From the NCBI GenBank assembly GCA_973895155.1, contig OZ316894.1:5480944-5544943 (forward strand): a stretch of 64,000 bases of DNA. Direction: 5' to 3'. This DNA is from Marsupella aquatica. Lineage: Eukaryota; Plantae; Marchantiophyta. The notes below the pieces were generated by a model. That model did no database searches. It had not been told where the DNA came from and saw only the letters and a program-made list of their open reading frames with translations. Shown here in pieces: positions 50,481-64,000 of the stretch. The first letter of the stretch is position 1. Each line of letters starts with the position of its first letter. Both the position numbers and the translations under genes were made by a program.

Positions 50481-51428
50481 GAGCTTTTTGTTCTTTGGCA
50501 AAAGTCATCTAATTTTTTATATTTCAAAACATGTTTGGTTTATTTTAAGTTACATTTTTGGATTCTTAAATACAATACTTTTGTAGACTAAAATGAAATC
50601 TAAGATGATCAATTGAATATAAAACTATTATAATGAAACCTGGGTTGGGGCTGCGGCTAGGAGCCTTTTGTTCTTTGGAGCCTTTTGATCTTTGGCATTG
50701 TGTTATATACTAAGCTGGACATGAACATGTGAGTCTTCAATCTTCAATTCGAATTTTCGTTTTTCTCAAAGAATTCTTGAATCGAGGAAAGTGGCCAGGC
50801 TGAAAAGTTTGTTGAAACTAACACTCGTAATAAAGGAGCTCACAAGTGCCAACTTGAACTATACCTTTAGGGGTGAGGATGACCACCAGACCATGCCCTT
50901 GATTTCATGGTGTGGTCCACCCTCACGGACTGGACTCACAAATTGAAAGATCAGATTCATCATGATTTCAAACAAACAATCAACAAACACAATAGAGGCC
51001 TGAACAAGCCAAGAACATAGCCTTCCAGGCCAGTGAAATTATTTCCAAGAATAATTTCCCTGTCAATGCAATATGACACGTACAGAGCACCAGATGTGGT
51101 GAGCTAGAGAGAATGGGCACCTATCCAGAAAAAGGTGCACGAGAATAACAAATGCTCTTTCACGTGCAGAAAACACTCTTCCTTCGCTAGCTGACTTCCC
51201 GTTACCCTGCCCGGTTCTATACAAAAAAACCTGGTGCAGGACATAATGTACAAGGGACATGAACATTGTAGCTATGGTAGGGTGGTGACCATTCACGTGA
51301 TTGAGAACGACCAAGTTTCTTTTGCAGCACAAATTACACCATCTGATGCATTGAGTGACAACAAATTAGCGAGCTACTGGCCAAGGTTTGTCGGTCCAAT
51401 TATTTCACGAGTCACCTCCATTGTGTGC

Positions 51429-54400
51429 CTACTCGTGCTCTGGTGAAGTTCTGCGGCGCGCAAAGCCGGGCTGGACACCAACAGCATCAATTAGATTAGG
51501 CTCGATTGATTAAAATATGCTGTAAGGAAAGGAAAGTAAATCTTACTTAAATACGACCACCTTGAGGTGACGATGGGTTAGGGAACTCGACCACTGATGA
51601 TGCAGAACTGAAGTAATGAATTCGATTTTTCACGCAGTGTGAACTTACCTGGCGGAGCTGCGACGAGCTTCCCATCATGGTGGAGGCTGTCAGAGGCCTT
51701 CCTAGGTGATTGTTCGGGCTGTTCGTGATGTCCCAGAACGTTCTTTTTCGACAGCTCGCGAGCTCGTCTGCTTTGGACGGAGAAAAACACTTCGAAGAAT
51801 TGAATTGAGAAGAGTGAGACTTGGTTGGAGTTTTGGCAGGAGACTTAGGAGTCTGAGTCCTTGCCATCATCCGTGTCACTCGCGGTGACGTCTTCGTGTC
51901 TGGTTTGGGGATACCAGACCGTGACGCCGTGGATGGAAGAGGGCCGGTTTTGCTAGCAACTTTCGGTGTTACATATCGCCTTGAATTTTCCTGTTGAGCT
52001 CCCCTGGAACTTTCTTGGTCAGCACGACTCCCAACTCCAGCCTTGGAATAGGTATTTTCGGCAGCCCTCTGCTGGAGAATTTTCTCCAAGCACTTAATGG
52101 GACTGGGCGCCACATTTTCTCCAGGAAGCGGGGCCTCCGCATTCAAAGATCGACTGAGGTTGCGAATGATGTCATCTTTGCGTTTGAGCTGCAAAGTATG
52201 GTCACGGGTGAGAGCCAATATCGAGGCATTCATCTTCTCCTCTCTTAGAGCGCTGTCCCGTCTGGTCTTCTCTGCTTCCATCTCCAGCAATTCCACCGTC
52301 CTCTGTAGCTCCCAGATCTTCTTCTGTTCCATAGTCTTCGCTTCCCCACGTCTGGATAAAGCCTCCACCTGTGGTAGCGGTTCACCAGGGTGTCTTGCAG
52401 GAGGTGTGCCTACCATGGGAGTGAAAGGGATAGAGGATGGCGTGGCCTGGGTGGCATTCAAACCGTTACTGGACAAGTATTTCTGCTCCAAGCGTGCCAA
52501 GTGCAATTTGAGCATTTGGTTCTCTCTCTGCACCTGCGAGAGGAATTTCGCCTGCTCATCCTTGGATTCTGGAACCTGCAGCTCTTCTTGCACTTCACAT
52601 GCCTGAAAACAGCCAAAACGCACAAATCGTCGTTTGAGTTCCATTGACAAATAACATTAAGAAAATGCCCAAGACGTTCCACTCTCTATCCCAGAACAAT
52701 CAAGTTAACATTTTCCCAACTCAAAGCACGCTCGAGACTGACGGCCAACTATAAGAAAGAAAGGATAGTACTTCGTTTAATCGACGGGACAAGGAAGTTC
52801 CTGTATACATCACTGTAGTGTCCAGCACTAGTTTCATCTACACGTCGACTGTTTTGTTCGTCAGTCTGCTTTATAGGACACTAGTCTAAAGTACCATGTA
52901 ATGCTTAGTTTAACAACTGCTACCTTCAATTACCGGCGCGAGATGTGTCAGATCACAAAAGAAACTGCTAAACAGCATGCGCGAATGAATTGAAAACTAT
53001 GCAGCGGTTTAACGGAGGACGCCCAACCTTTGTACGGATTTCTTTCGCGCGGTCCGCCCAATGAAGGGTATTCTGAGTTTCTCCAAACGAGCCGTTGCTG
53101 GGACTTATGTTGGCTATCATGGCGGTTTCACATGCCCCACCAAGTGAATCCTACATCACATACATTCTGATGTCAGCTGATGTTCTAGTTAGCCAGAAAC
53201 CCAGATAAATTTGAATTGTGTGCAGAGAGGTCGTCTCAGGGAAGGACACGAATGATTCACAATGCAAAGCACGTCTGATGCAACAATTCTGGAAGCTCCA
53301 AAACTGGAGAAGGGGCGGAAGTGGACAGCAAAACCCAGAGTGAGGAAAAGGGTTTGTTATTAATTCACTTGTATACCTTGAGGAGCTGTGTCAGCTTGGA
53401 ATTTCTGAACGGAACGTGTTTCTTGCCTTCCACCAGGGCATTGATAACACCGCTCAAGGCTAGGAGAGAGCGATTAATGTTAGCACCTTCCACAGACCTT
53501 ACGGTTCGTACGTCGGTAGCCAGAGCTCGCTCTGAACCGGCCAAGTCAATCAAAGAGAGTTTCCCCACCCGGAGAATTTTTGCCGATTCGTGCTGTATCT
53601 TGTACTCAACAATAACCTGCCAAATAAACATTAATGAACTCAGAGCTAGAAACTGCACATGTTGGTCTGGTCATCGTAAGGAAGGTTCCAGAAGTTTTCA
53701 GTCCACAAATACAGACTCAAAAAGAAATCTCGTAGAAAATTTGCCAACGGTAAATTCAACGCGTAGTCCGGATTCTGCTACAACAACGTTCCGCAGGAGT
53801 TCTAGATATGCTAATTTGTATTCATTGAGACGATAAAAAGCACTGGGTCGGTCACAGCTCCAATTTCATCTAGAGATTAGAGAAACTCATAAACGAAAAC
53901 GCTTCACAGGACGCTGGGGAAAACTAGGGGAAGGCCAACGGAACGGCATTAGACCTGAAGAATTGCATGTGATCGAGAGGAAGTCTCGTTCGCTCTTGTT
54001 GCCTCCGTTTGTCGATTGGAGTTGCCCTTGTGAAGCAACGTCATGATCTGCACAAGCAGCATATGTCAATGTCGGGGCGTGCCACCTTCCTTATAACTGA
54101 AGACACGTACTAAGGAATTAGGAAGAAATTACCTCATCAGCTGAACACGCCTGATATTGTGTGAGACCGGCAGCCACAATGCCCTGCACAGCGAATATCA
54201 TAATTTATCGCTGATTAGCTACAGTTTTTGATTGGGCAGATCGGAACAACTGCTTGAAGGAGGATGAAATATAGAAATATTGAAGAGAGGGCAGAAAAAA
54301 GGTACCAGTCTACTGTCTTCACGCAGGACGAGCGGACGGCCTGGAGATAGCAAGTCGCGCACACTTTCATTGTAGACTTCGAGGTAGGAAAGTCGGACCG

Positions 54401-56474
54401 CATGCTCACCTTCCGGACTTCTCTGCTTCAACTTCGCGAAAAGGTCCTTCAGCGCCAGTACCATCACTCCGGGATGGTGCACTGTACCCAGCATTGTGTG
54501 CGTCTTGCCTGCTCCTGTGGCCCCATAGCAGAATACTGAGGCGTTTCTCCCTTCTAGCACTCCTTGTACCAAATTGGCCGTGCTGCATTTTAGACGCAAA
54601 AGAGATGAGACTCAGGATGAAAGGATCTGAGGTCCGCCCTCGTCTACAAATGAATTCGCATAAGCTTTAGGCAAGGATCTGTACGAAATTAGAAGCCGAT
54701 CTAGCCCAGGTTGTACTACCAAATCCTGGTCTACATGAACACGCAAGGACGACCAGGCCAGAAAGACCGACTCTGCTGACCAATCTCTAATACAATCGAA
54801 CTAATCATAACGCACCCAATTAGCACAATTGAACCCGCATTGAGTATCTCTTCATAGAAAACGAAGGTCTCATTGTAAACACGCTATCAGTCATTAATCC
54901 CCAGCGATCTGTGAGACTACTGCGTTATAAACTCCATTATTTCGTTGGAATTTAGTGATAATTTATGAGGAAATTACACCCCTACCGAGGTCTACTCTGT
55001 ACATTTTCTTTCCTCCAAGAAATCGCCAATTACATCTTACAACCATTGCTCTCAATCCGAGGTTAAAGCGCTTTAGTCCAACTTCTAAGTTGTTTTGGAG
55101 TCTGCTAGGGAAGATGAAACTTGTTGGGTGTCCAGCTCATGACGAAATGGTGTTCACACGACAGACAGTACTCCTCTAACTTTGGTAACGAATTTAAAAG
55201 TCACTTGTAAGCCAGTAACTATTCGTTGACGAACATCAGTTGCAACGATGCTAAGGGGAATGCCATCCAGAACATTTCTGACATATCTTGCGAGTGAAGT
55301 TTCACCCCAAAGCCCGGTATTCTCCTGAATGAGTGAGCAATAAATCGCAGTAATAGACCATACTGCCTCAGAGCACAGGGAGTTACCTGGGTTCTGTTTA
55401 AGATCTTCCATTCTCTGATAAGTCATGACAGGGCATTTACTAGAAAGAAGTTGGTGAGGAAAGGCCTGTGCTCTCAGAGATAAACAGCATACAGTAGCAG
55501 AACTTCACTAGAACAAATCAAGGTGGTGAGATGGACAGGACAGACAATCACCTGGTGTTATAGATCTCCTGCTGGGAGGTGTTGTCGGGAAACGCAGCAT
55601 CAAAAGCAAAATGTCTTCCCCGCAGCCTTTTCAACCTCAAATAGTCGGTCTCCAAAGCCATCTCCGTCAGATACACATCCCGGTTGTTGTCGACCTTGAT
55701 ACAGCTCCTCGCCCCCGATTCCTTCTCCTTTTTCGACATCGGACGGAGCCTCACGTACACCATAATCCTCGACCCAGAACCCTCATCCCCTCCCCTCTCC
55801 ATATCCTCATGTACCTGCCTCGCTCTTATTCCTCCCACCATAGAATTCTTGAGTACAGACATTGGCTCTGACACACCTTTCCCCTTCAATGCAGTAGCAT
55901 TGCCTATACTAGACCGCCTTGACGTAGCTGCACCGACTCGGGTCCCTGCAGCACCTCCACGGACTGTTGTAGACACTGCTCTATCAGGACCAACCTTCCC
56001 AGCTGGATCATTGTTTTCCTTCACGTAGTTGTAAGCTCCGAGGACTTCATTACTCAACATATGGGACACTTTAGGAGTCACAACGTCCATGTCCATAGAA
56101 GATGATGACACTGAGCTTTTGGCTTGCTCAATGGCCAGGAGAGAGGTTCTTCTCAGCCCACTGGTTGAAGGTCGAGCTCTGGGAGGCTGCTGACTAGTGC
56201 TACTCTCCTGTGATTGCCGTTTGGAAAGAGTTTTCACACGGGGGGTGAGGAGGCCGACGCTCGCATGGCTCGAGTTCCTCACCTCCTTCATTGCGGAGTT
56301 AGAAAAGGGAGCATACTTCTCTCTGGTCCGAGTTTGAGAGCGAGTTACACGTCCTTCAGTCGCTGGCGGGTCTACCTGCATGGGATCCATCGTGTTCCTG
56401 TTGCCTCTGGGAGTTTGCTCGACCAGCTCCCTCATCCGGGGAGCTCTATTTGCTGTCCACCCTACCTGTGGCAT
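51429..56474 (-). CDS. Kinesin-8A-like motor protein (KIF18/19 family) with a long N-terminal extension
   Basis: Motifs [28 protein letters not shown]-loop GATGAGKT, switch [12 protein letters not shown], switch II DLAGSER and [14 protein letters not shown]. The C-terminal RTFWDI...QLRQ splices to a last exon at 51429-51470 ([13 protein letters not shown]), matching the recalled KIN8A 'QPGFAR' tail. First coding exon 55552-56474. Confidence 0.93.
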
Positions 56475-57779
56475 GTTGTTCCTTTCCCTCGTTCCTCAGA
56501 TTATAAACTATGCTACAATTTTCTTTCCGCTTGCTCCACAGCATCGCCGAACCTCTCTTGAGTTCTAATCCCGTCGCGATCTTTCTTCTACGTTCCTCGA
56601 TTCTTCCCATTCAACAACAAATGCAGAGAGGCTCTAAACTAGGCACGAGCCTCGAAGGACCAGCCTGCAACGTTCCAACACATGACAGCTAGCTCTTCGT
56701 CAGTCCTGCACACGGTTTTTGCCCCAGACACAGAGCCACTTGTTCTCCTCACCACAGCCTTGAAAAGATGCAGCGCCACCGCAAATTCCGCTCACTCACT
56801 CTCCAAGCTGATGCTGCATCAAAATCGTTTGAAAAGCTACTTTACCTTTTCTAGTAAACACTCCCGAAACGAAAACGGTGTTCCGTTGCAATGGGAGTCA
56901 CTAAAGTTTGCCTGCAGATGATGCAGGTACGAAGCAAAAGCAAATCCTCTCGTACTGCAAAGAAGCCTTGTCACACGCACTACGCGCTGCTCTCTCTCTC
57001 CCAGCTGTAACTCAAAACCTAACCTCCCTAAAAACCACTTTCCTCTTCCATCACTAAGCGCAGAATCTCAGCTCCGTTGCAATGCAGGCCCCGAACTTTC
57101 ACACTCTCTCCCCTCTCAACTCAAGCTGCACTTAAACCACAATTCGTAGCTCGATCGACCCGCCTCGCCGAAAATTCCCTCCCTGAAGATCCGACTCCAA
57201 ACTCGCTTCTGAGCCAACACTGCAAGAGTGCAAGAAGAGCAAGAACTCGATGCTGACCGTAATAATAAAATCTACGGGGGCATAACGCCGTACCGTGTCT
57301 CCACTCAATTCTCTCTCGGGGGACCGAGTCACCGAGACCTCGACGAGGCAGTCTATTCGCATCCGAGGCCCGACCTCCTCCGTCGAAGAAACACGTATCG
57401 ACCGTGAAATTACTTTCACTTCACCTCGCCATTCAGTCCGCAGCAACCAGCATTAACTCCGTCCACACGCGCAGTCTCCTCACCTTCGTTATCGCATCTC
57501 CTCGCCTCCTCTCCTCAGTCCTCTCTCCCCCAACAAAAGCGGACACGCTTGCTCGAGACTCCCCTCCACTCTCCTCCATTGCACCACTGAGCTTCAGCTC
57601 ACCTACAAAAGTTGTTCACAGATGCCCATGGGCCATCTTGATGGTCCGCACGAGAGCTCGGATGCATTATTATTAAATTCTTCTTCCATTGGGCAAGCGC
57701 ATCGGGCCGTGTGGTAGTGCGCCTGCCCTCGAAAGGCAAATGAACGAAAGTCCCTTTTGCCATCTCCAATCATTCATCG

Positions 57780-57860
57780 AGCTCCTCTGCCTCCTTTTCC
57801 TCTGCCTCTCCATCCTCTGCCTCTCCATACTCTGCCTCTGCTCTACTCTACTCTGCTGTG
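57780..57860. repeat. CT-rich low-complexity (CCTCTG)n-like tract
   Basis: Repeated 'cctctgcct' units, upstream of the kinesin gene. Confidence 0.7.
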
Positions 57861-58182
57861 CTGTCTCCCTGCCACACTTCCTGTCAGTTCAGTTTACCGT
57901 TGGAAGTGTGGAGTGTCTCTCTGTGAGACAAACAACATTTGAATTTTCGCTCACCGCCCCCAGAACCGGCCGGGTTTCGGCTCCGGTGGTACAAACCAAC
58001 AGGCCAGTTCACCGGGTCGGGTCACCGGATGGGAACTTGGGTCAGGGAACTTGGGTCAGGTTAGTGTTGGAGTTGATGTACCACTCGTCGAGCTACGAGT
58101 TTCTCTGGCAGGTGGGCTTTCGCCACGTAGTGTGACGGTCGAATGATTTAATTGTCGGAAGAGAAAACTCGGATTTATTATT

Positions 58183-58758
58183 AGGGGGTCTCAAATGAGC
58201 GTGACGGTCTAATTGATTTACAGGTGGGACAGAGAAAAGTCGGATTTATTAGGGGGCTCAAATATCCCCTATGAATCCTGATTTTGCCTGAATTAGGTGT
58301 GGAATGGGCACAAGGAATATATATGTAGGGCACTATGGGGAGGGTGGTCTGCTCAGTAGGGCTGTGGATTTGATCATTACCCGTGGTCAGCTCCACTCAG
58401 ATGTCAGGAAAATTTTGGAAAGACTAGATGTTGCACAACAAATTAACAATGGTAGAGATAGGATTGAGGAAGTGTGACAGCTGCCACCAGCGAAGTATTT
58501 CAGTAAATCTAAAAATTTTAAGTACAAAAGACTGACGCCACTTTGTTGGGAAGAGGGAGCACTTTTGGCATTTTACCTCTTCCTGCAAGCTTTCGTCCCA
58601 AGAGGATCTTTGAGACCCCCTATTAGTGTTACATCGTTGGTCATCAAAAGTTTTTAATTACAAAAGACTGAGGCCACTTTGTTGGGAAGAGGGAGCACTT
58701 TTGGCATTTTGCCTCTTTCCTGCAAGCTTTCGTCCCCAGAGGATCTTTGAGACCCCCT
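58183..58758. mobile_element. MITE-family copy 3 with both termini tandemly duplicated, ATT target site duplication
   Basis: Left TIR 'agggggtctcaaa' at 58183 (variant 'agggggctcaaa' at 58251) and right TIR 'tttgagaccccct' ending at 58621 and again at 58758. Each is flanked by ATT. The interior shows no clear similarity to copies 1 and 2. Confidence 0.7.
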
Positions 58759-59925
58759 ATTAGTGTTACATGTTTTGTCTCATATTACTCAAACTAGCTC
58801 AAATGCCTGTGCAAACCTGAAAAAGAAAGATTCTCCAACTATCAGATTTTAGTCTTATCAGATACATTCTCTAATTCTAGCCCGTAGCCTCACTATACCT
58901 AACAGACTATGAAGCGTAGGACCAAAATTTGAATGCTGTGGAGTGACTGACCTCACAAATGCATCAATGCCCTTCAGAAACATGGTTGAATTTGGAAATT
59001 TGATGACCTTGACTTAATCTGCAGGTGGTGTTGTGACCGGTCTCAAATCAAAAATCCCCTGGTTTAAGTTTGCGCAAACTCGGGTTTCATACAGGGTCAT
59101 GGATGGAGATTTCCCGCTGCAGCTGACCAGACCAAAATGGGTAACTACAGGTTTGGAATGCCCTGATAGTACTTACCCCCCCCCCCCCCCCCACGGTACA
59201 CTTCACACCCACACTTTGCCCTCTTGTGGGGTGTTGAGGAAGAATTGATCCTGAGAGCAATGGATAACCAGTCACAATCTCCTGGCCAGAAGTACCTGAG
59301 TATTTTCAAGTACTTTTAGGAGGCTTGATTATTTATTTACTTGAGGAGGTTTATGTTCTAATAGAATAGATCAGCACTTTTGACCAAAGACCGAACAAAT
59401 GTATGTAAAATTCAAAAAACTAAGTAGCCATATGAAATAGGTGTAAAATGGAAAAAATAACATTAAGCTGCGGTAGTAAATCTCAAAGGTCGTCCTGGGT
59501 AACGAAGGGTACTGTAGTCTTGCAGCTTTCCTTTTCCCTTAACTTCATACTTCTGTATTATTGGAGGCTTATGGGATTCTACGCCTTTCCAAATGGCAGC
59601 TCAACGAATTTACTCGTGGTTGCGGTTCTTGTCACCAATAATACTGGAAGATTAATTACATTTTGGATTTTCGTCTTTCTGCATGAACTTTTCTTTCTCG
59701 TTGAACAAACACGGTTTTCTTTTTTGTCACCTTAGAAGCTTTGACATTGATGACTAGAATTCTGTATTAACGCTTCAAGTTGTTGCCTTCAACAATTCAA
59801 CTCGTCCTACTGTTTTCCAAGATTGATGAAGAGCATAAATGTTTGACCATACATTGTGAGCACCTCGTCAAACATCTGAGCACCTCATGGAGGTATTTCC
59901 TTGAAGGGACCCCAAAGTGAAAAGT

Positions 59926-60070
59926 GTTATTTGATGTGACCCTTAAAGTTTTGGGTATATTTTTATTTGACGTGACCCTTAAAGTTTTGGGTATATTGAT
60001 CACTCAGGAGTTTTAAGTATATTGTTATTTGATGTGACCCTTAAATTTTTGGGTATATTGATCACTCAGG
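59926..60070. repeat. Short tandem repeats of 'ttatttgatgtgacccttaaagttttgggtatatt' x3
   Basis: Three near-identical copies visible directly. Confidence 0.85.
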
Positions 60071-62814
60071 GGTCCTATCAAGTAATAGTTTTCATTTTGG
60101 GGTCTCATCAAGCAAATCTCCACCTAGTCAAACTTTGTGATTTGTAAGAGTAAATTCAATGTAAGGCACAAGTTTGCAGGGATCTGCATTGCAAAATTGA
60201 CTTCTAGATTGAAATAGCTGAAGAATTTAAAAATTATGTACAGGGAAGACTAACATTAGATTTCACCTGCTTTGCAGTACTGAAAGTTGGGATTATTTGA
60301 CTATGGAATGAAATTTCTTTTGTGTCACCATTTGTTGGCTTTTACGTTTTCAACAGTCTGCCGCTCACCAATTTGATTTCCGTGTTGTGCTCTGCCACTG
60401 CCTCAATCTCTATGTATGCAATCTTTTCACACCATAGATCTTACTTCATAATAAAGGCTATGAGATGAGTTTTGATCAGAGCAAAGCTACAGGGACATGA
60501 TTACAATCTAGCAACGTTTTGCTAGATTCTAGTACTCTAAACAGTCTTTGTCACTATTGGCAAAAATCCCTATCTTTTTTGTCTACTGTCAACCAGTACC
60601 CTACTTAGCCAAAGATTCCCTTAGCCAAAATTTGATGGTTATCCTTTCATCTAGGGTCATCTGATGGTCAGAAATTAATCTAGGAAAATTAGATAAGGAA
60701 AATATGTAGCATGTTCTCCTTCACACACGGTGAAATTGACCAGACTGGCAAAAACCAAAAATTTACGCTCATCACAACCCCCTCAACATCTGTCTCTTGG
60801 TGGAACAACAAAAGAAAGTGAGCTCTCCATGACTGTTTTGTGGACAGAGGTTAACATCTACTACTATCCAGTATCGATCCCTTTGTAAATAACTGAACAC
60901 TTCTCAGACAACAAATTGAACGAGCAAACTAGCAGTAGCTCACTTGGCATAGTGGATCATATGTGACAGAGCAGTTGTGACTATTGTATCTAGACTGGAT
61001 CCCCAACAGCTTAGATAACCTGGCTACTCGTTTAAGGGCTATGAAGTTACCACCAGGGGTTTTTTATTCATTACAAAAACAAAAGCAATATGCTCATGTT
61101 GAATTGATGCACAATGGGTTAGCTATTAGTTATCCAATCTGGACTTTTGAATTTTCCATCTTTTTTCTTCAGCTTTATTTGGGTTGGATCTAAACTTCAA
61201 TGAATTAGGACAACGGTGACCAGGTTCCACAGACGAGTAGACCTTAGAAGTCTACAAATATTTCAAATCTCACAACAATGTCAGTAGCATTGCTACCCAT
61301 CTACTTCAGTCCTTGAACTTGAAACTGAAGGATTTGTATTGCTCAATCAAATTAATATCAGAGGCAGGGATTGAATGGATGCAAATTGTGCGTGATTTTC
61401 TTGATGATGCACAGCGTCCTTCAATAGTCAATAGTACTCTTACACTCAAAAAGGAGTCAAAACCAGGGTTGGTATATGTCATGGTAAACGTGCTCATCTT
61501 GTTCATCAATTTTTCAATCATGTGCTAGCCATCTAGGCTTAAGTTGTCAACAGCAATAGAAGAGACTAGTCTAGATACCAATGTATATGGACAGGTAAAG
61601 CTCTCTGTACCCAGACTCCCCAATCACCATCCCAAATTGGGTCCAAACCACAGGTGCAGTCTACATAAGTAGACACAATGTTACCAGAGAGACTGCCTTT
61701 GCCTTCACTCTGTGGAGTAGGCCATGAATGGTAGACGATGATGGTGAACATAGTGATTGAAGATTAATTAATGTCTAAGTAGTGAAAATGACTAATAATT
61801 TGCAATTGAAACCTAGACTCTGGAGCTTACAGTCTAGAGTTAAGCCTCTAGACAGCTACTCTCTATTGGTAGCAACTTTTGGGTGAGGCAACAGGTGGAA
61901 AGGCAACTGTGGATGAGCTGAGCTTTAGCAGACAGGCTAGTTTATTGAAAAAACTGTTTCCCAATAACACATTCATTGTCTGTGGATAAAATGCCTTCAA
62001 TCACACCAAATAAGTTGTTCAAGTAAACTCAAGAAGTTGGTGCTTACAGCCAAGATTCTAAACAATGAGAGATCATTTTCAACCAGATCATGCAACTTAC
62101 CCTTGGCTCAGGTACAATTTTGATGGATTTCTGGCATATGACAATGTTGAAGGACAATCCCCCTTATTGTAGGAACCAAAACATTCCTCTCAGCAAACTC
62201 AGCAAATTAACGCAACCCTCCCCTTTGCTATTTCAATGTGCCTTGTATCTTTATTACGTCTACATGTCTTTGACTTGGTCTACCCCACCCTTACGTCATA
62301 GGCCAACCCACTTGTCTTTGTGAGGTGTCTTTGGAACTGTGAGGGTGTTCAAATTAATAACTAGACATTGTCATGAGAGTAAGAGGGTAAGGGTCCAACC
62401 TTGGCAACAAATTAACTACTCCAAGTAGTATCAATGATCCAAAATCCTTAGTTACGGACCCCCATGAGAGGTCCCTTGCAAATTCCTTGCCACAAGGTTA
62501 TGCCACATCAGCACAACCAGACACAAACAGGAAAGATCTTATTTTTGACAATAACAAAAATGCACATTCATGTTGTGGCAAAAGCAATGTAATTTTTGGG
62601 GCACCATGCCATAAATATTAAGCATAAAAAATAGAATACAAAAGAAGAGACATCATTCAGTAAAATAAAGTTACCATTTTGATGATGTTTGTCAATGATA
62701 TATCAGTGTTTTACATCAAAATGCTTGTATTTTTTAGTTGTTCAAGTTTGAAAAAACCAGTCGATAAAAATGTACATAGTTAGAAACCCTTTGGCTCCAC
62801 ATTGTAAAACTAAA

Positions 62815-63225
62815 AATAATGAATCTCCTTAGTACTTATGCAATCTGTCAATGTCACACTCATTGGAAAGCTTTAGTAAAATTAGAAACTCATCATCTCC
62901 TTAGTACTTAACAAAATCTATCAATATTAGGTTCATTGGAAAGCTAGAGAAATTTGGATACCCATGATCTCTCTAATTCTTGACGAATACTCCCAATGTC
63001 ACACATTAGAAAACTAGAGAGATTGAAAACCTCATGATCTCTTTAGTACCGTGAAAAAATCTGACATGAAATTTGTTAATGTTGGACTCAATGTTGAAAA
63101 GCTAAAAGAATTCATGAACTCATGATCAAAATTTCTTACTATCACACTCATTGGAAAGTCAAAGAAATTCAAAAACTCATTTGAAATTTGACAAAATTTG
63201 TCAATCTGAGGCTCATTGGAAACTC
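62815..63225. repeat. Diverged ~72-bp AT-rich tandem repeat (~6 units)
   Basis: Recurrent 'atctc.ttagtact...caatgtcacactcattggaaagct..agaaatt' units. Confidence 0.7.
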
Positions 63226-64000
63226 TTTCTTGATTAAGATCGAGATGTCACAATCTTGTCACCGTCACAAAATTAGCCACTGCAAATTGATTATTTGGAT
63301 TATGTTGTCATCGCTTGTCCGCAACGCTTGCTTCCCGGCTTGAATTGTTCGTTTCTCTAATCTTCAACTGAAGCTCACTTTGAACACAGGTTGACACCAA
63401 ATGCAGCCTTTATGTCAAAGAAACAATTGTTTGTCTCCCCCTCACACCATAACCTTCTTAGATAAAAAAACCTACAAAACCTTCATGTGAAGTGATGGCT
63501 CGTCCGTTTTGTGCATTTTTCTCACCGAAATGACAAGCGCTCTTTTGCCAACAACTGAGTGATGTCCTCCAGTCTGACTTGTGGCGATAATGCTCAACCT
63601 AACTGACAAACAATCTATCAAGAATGGTGGAAACACAATTTCTCCAATGTGTAAGCAAAAATTGTCAAAAAACTCAATTCCTCCACATTCAACCTTTTGT
63701 TTGAGAAACCAGAGATAATTTTCAACCACATCGATCTCCTCTATCTTTTGAGCGTTCTCTTTTGTACAAGCACACACCGAGACAACCAGGAGACTTAAAA
63801 TCATTGGTTACCGCCTTGCTGAAAACGGGGCTGAAAATTGATTTCACTTCATCACACACACATTCCTTGGATGAACATGGGGGTCCACAGATTAGCGTTT
63901 AGGCTTGCATTTTGGAAAGGAAGCTATGCAGAATACCTACCAACAACTTTGAAGGAGATAACCTTATGGGTGCATAATCCAGATTATGGAGATGTTGCAA

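Noticed and set aside
52097-52606. Plus-strand ORFs antisense to the kinesin exons (also 53321-53836 and 55684-56028)
   Set aside because: These are shadow ORFs of the coding strand with no independent evidence.
51547-52650. Stand-alone 367-aa gene
   Set aside because: It is the penultimate exon of the kinesin-8 gene, with intron sequence read through at both ends.
59031-59277. MITE bounded by ttgtgaccggt / accagtcacaa
   Set aside because: Only a 10/11-bp inverted match with no TSD, which is compatible with chance.

Overview
Eukaryotic, intron-rich land-plant nuclear DNA, probably from a bryophyte or other non-seed plant (inferred from gene content and divergence). Most short ORFs in the supplied track are spurious or are exon fragments. 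Seven spliced genes can be built by hand: a small conserved 'APGIFERVKEEVEA' protein (+), a dienelactone-hydrolase-family alpha/beta hydrolase (+), chloroplast GDT1/PAM71 (+), a MOV10/SDE3-like SF1 RNA helicase (-), a CCDC137-like nucleolar protein (+), a half-size ABCG transporter (+) and kinesin-8A (-). There is also a probable degenerate multi-exon gene at about 31.6-34.7 kb. No rRNA, tRNA or CRISPR locus was found. The main hunt results are: (1) three copies of a MITE family with AGGG(G/T)GTCTCA terminal inverted repeats and 3-bp A(C/T)T target duplications, one next to its own empty site; (2) a MOV10-like helicase that differs from canonical SDE3 in its N-terminal domain and motif V and has no GW hooks; (3) a 4x ~120-bp amplification of the region directly upstream of the CCDC137-like ATG; (4) a high density of short tandem duplications, one of which duplicates a splice acceptor. 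No database searches were possible, so family names rest on recalled motifs.
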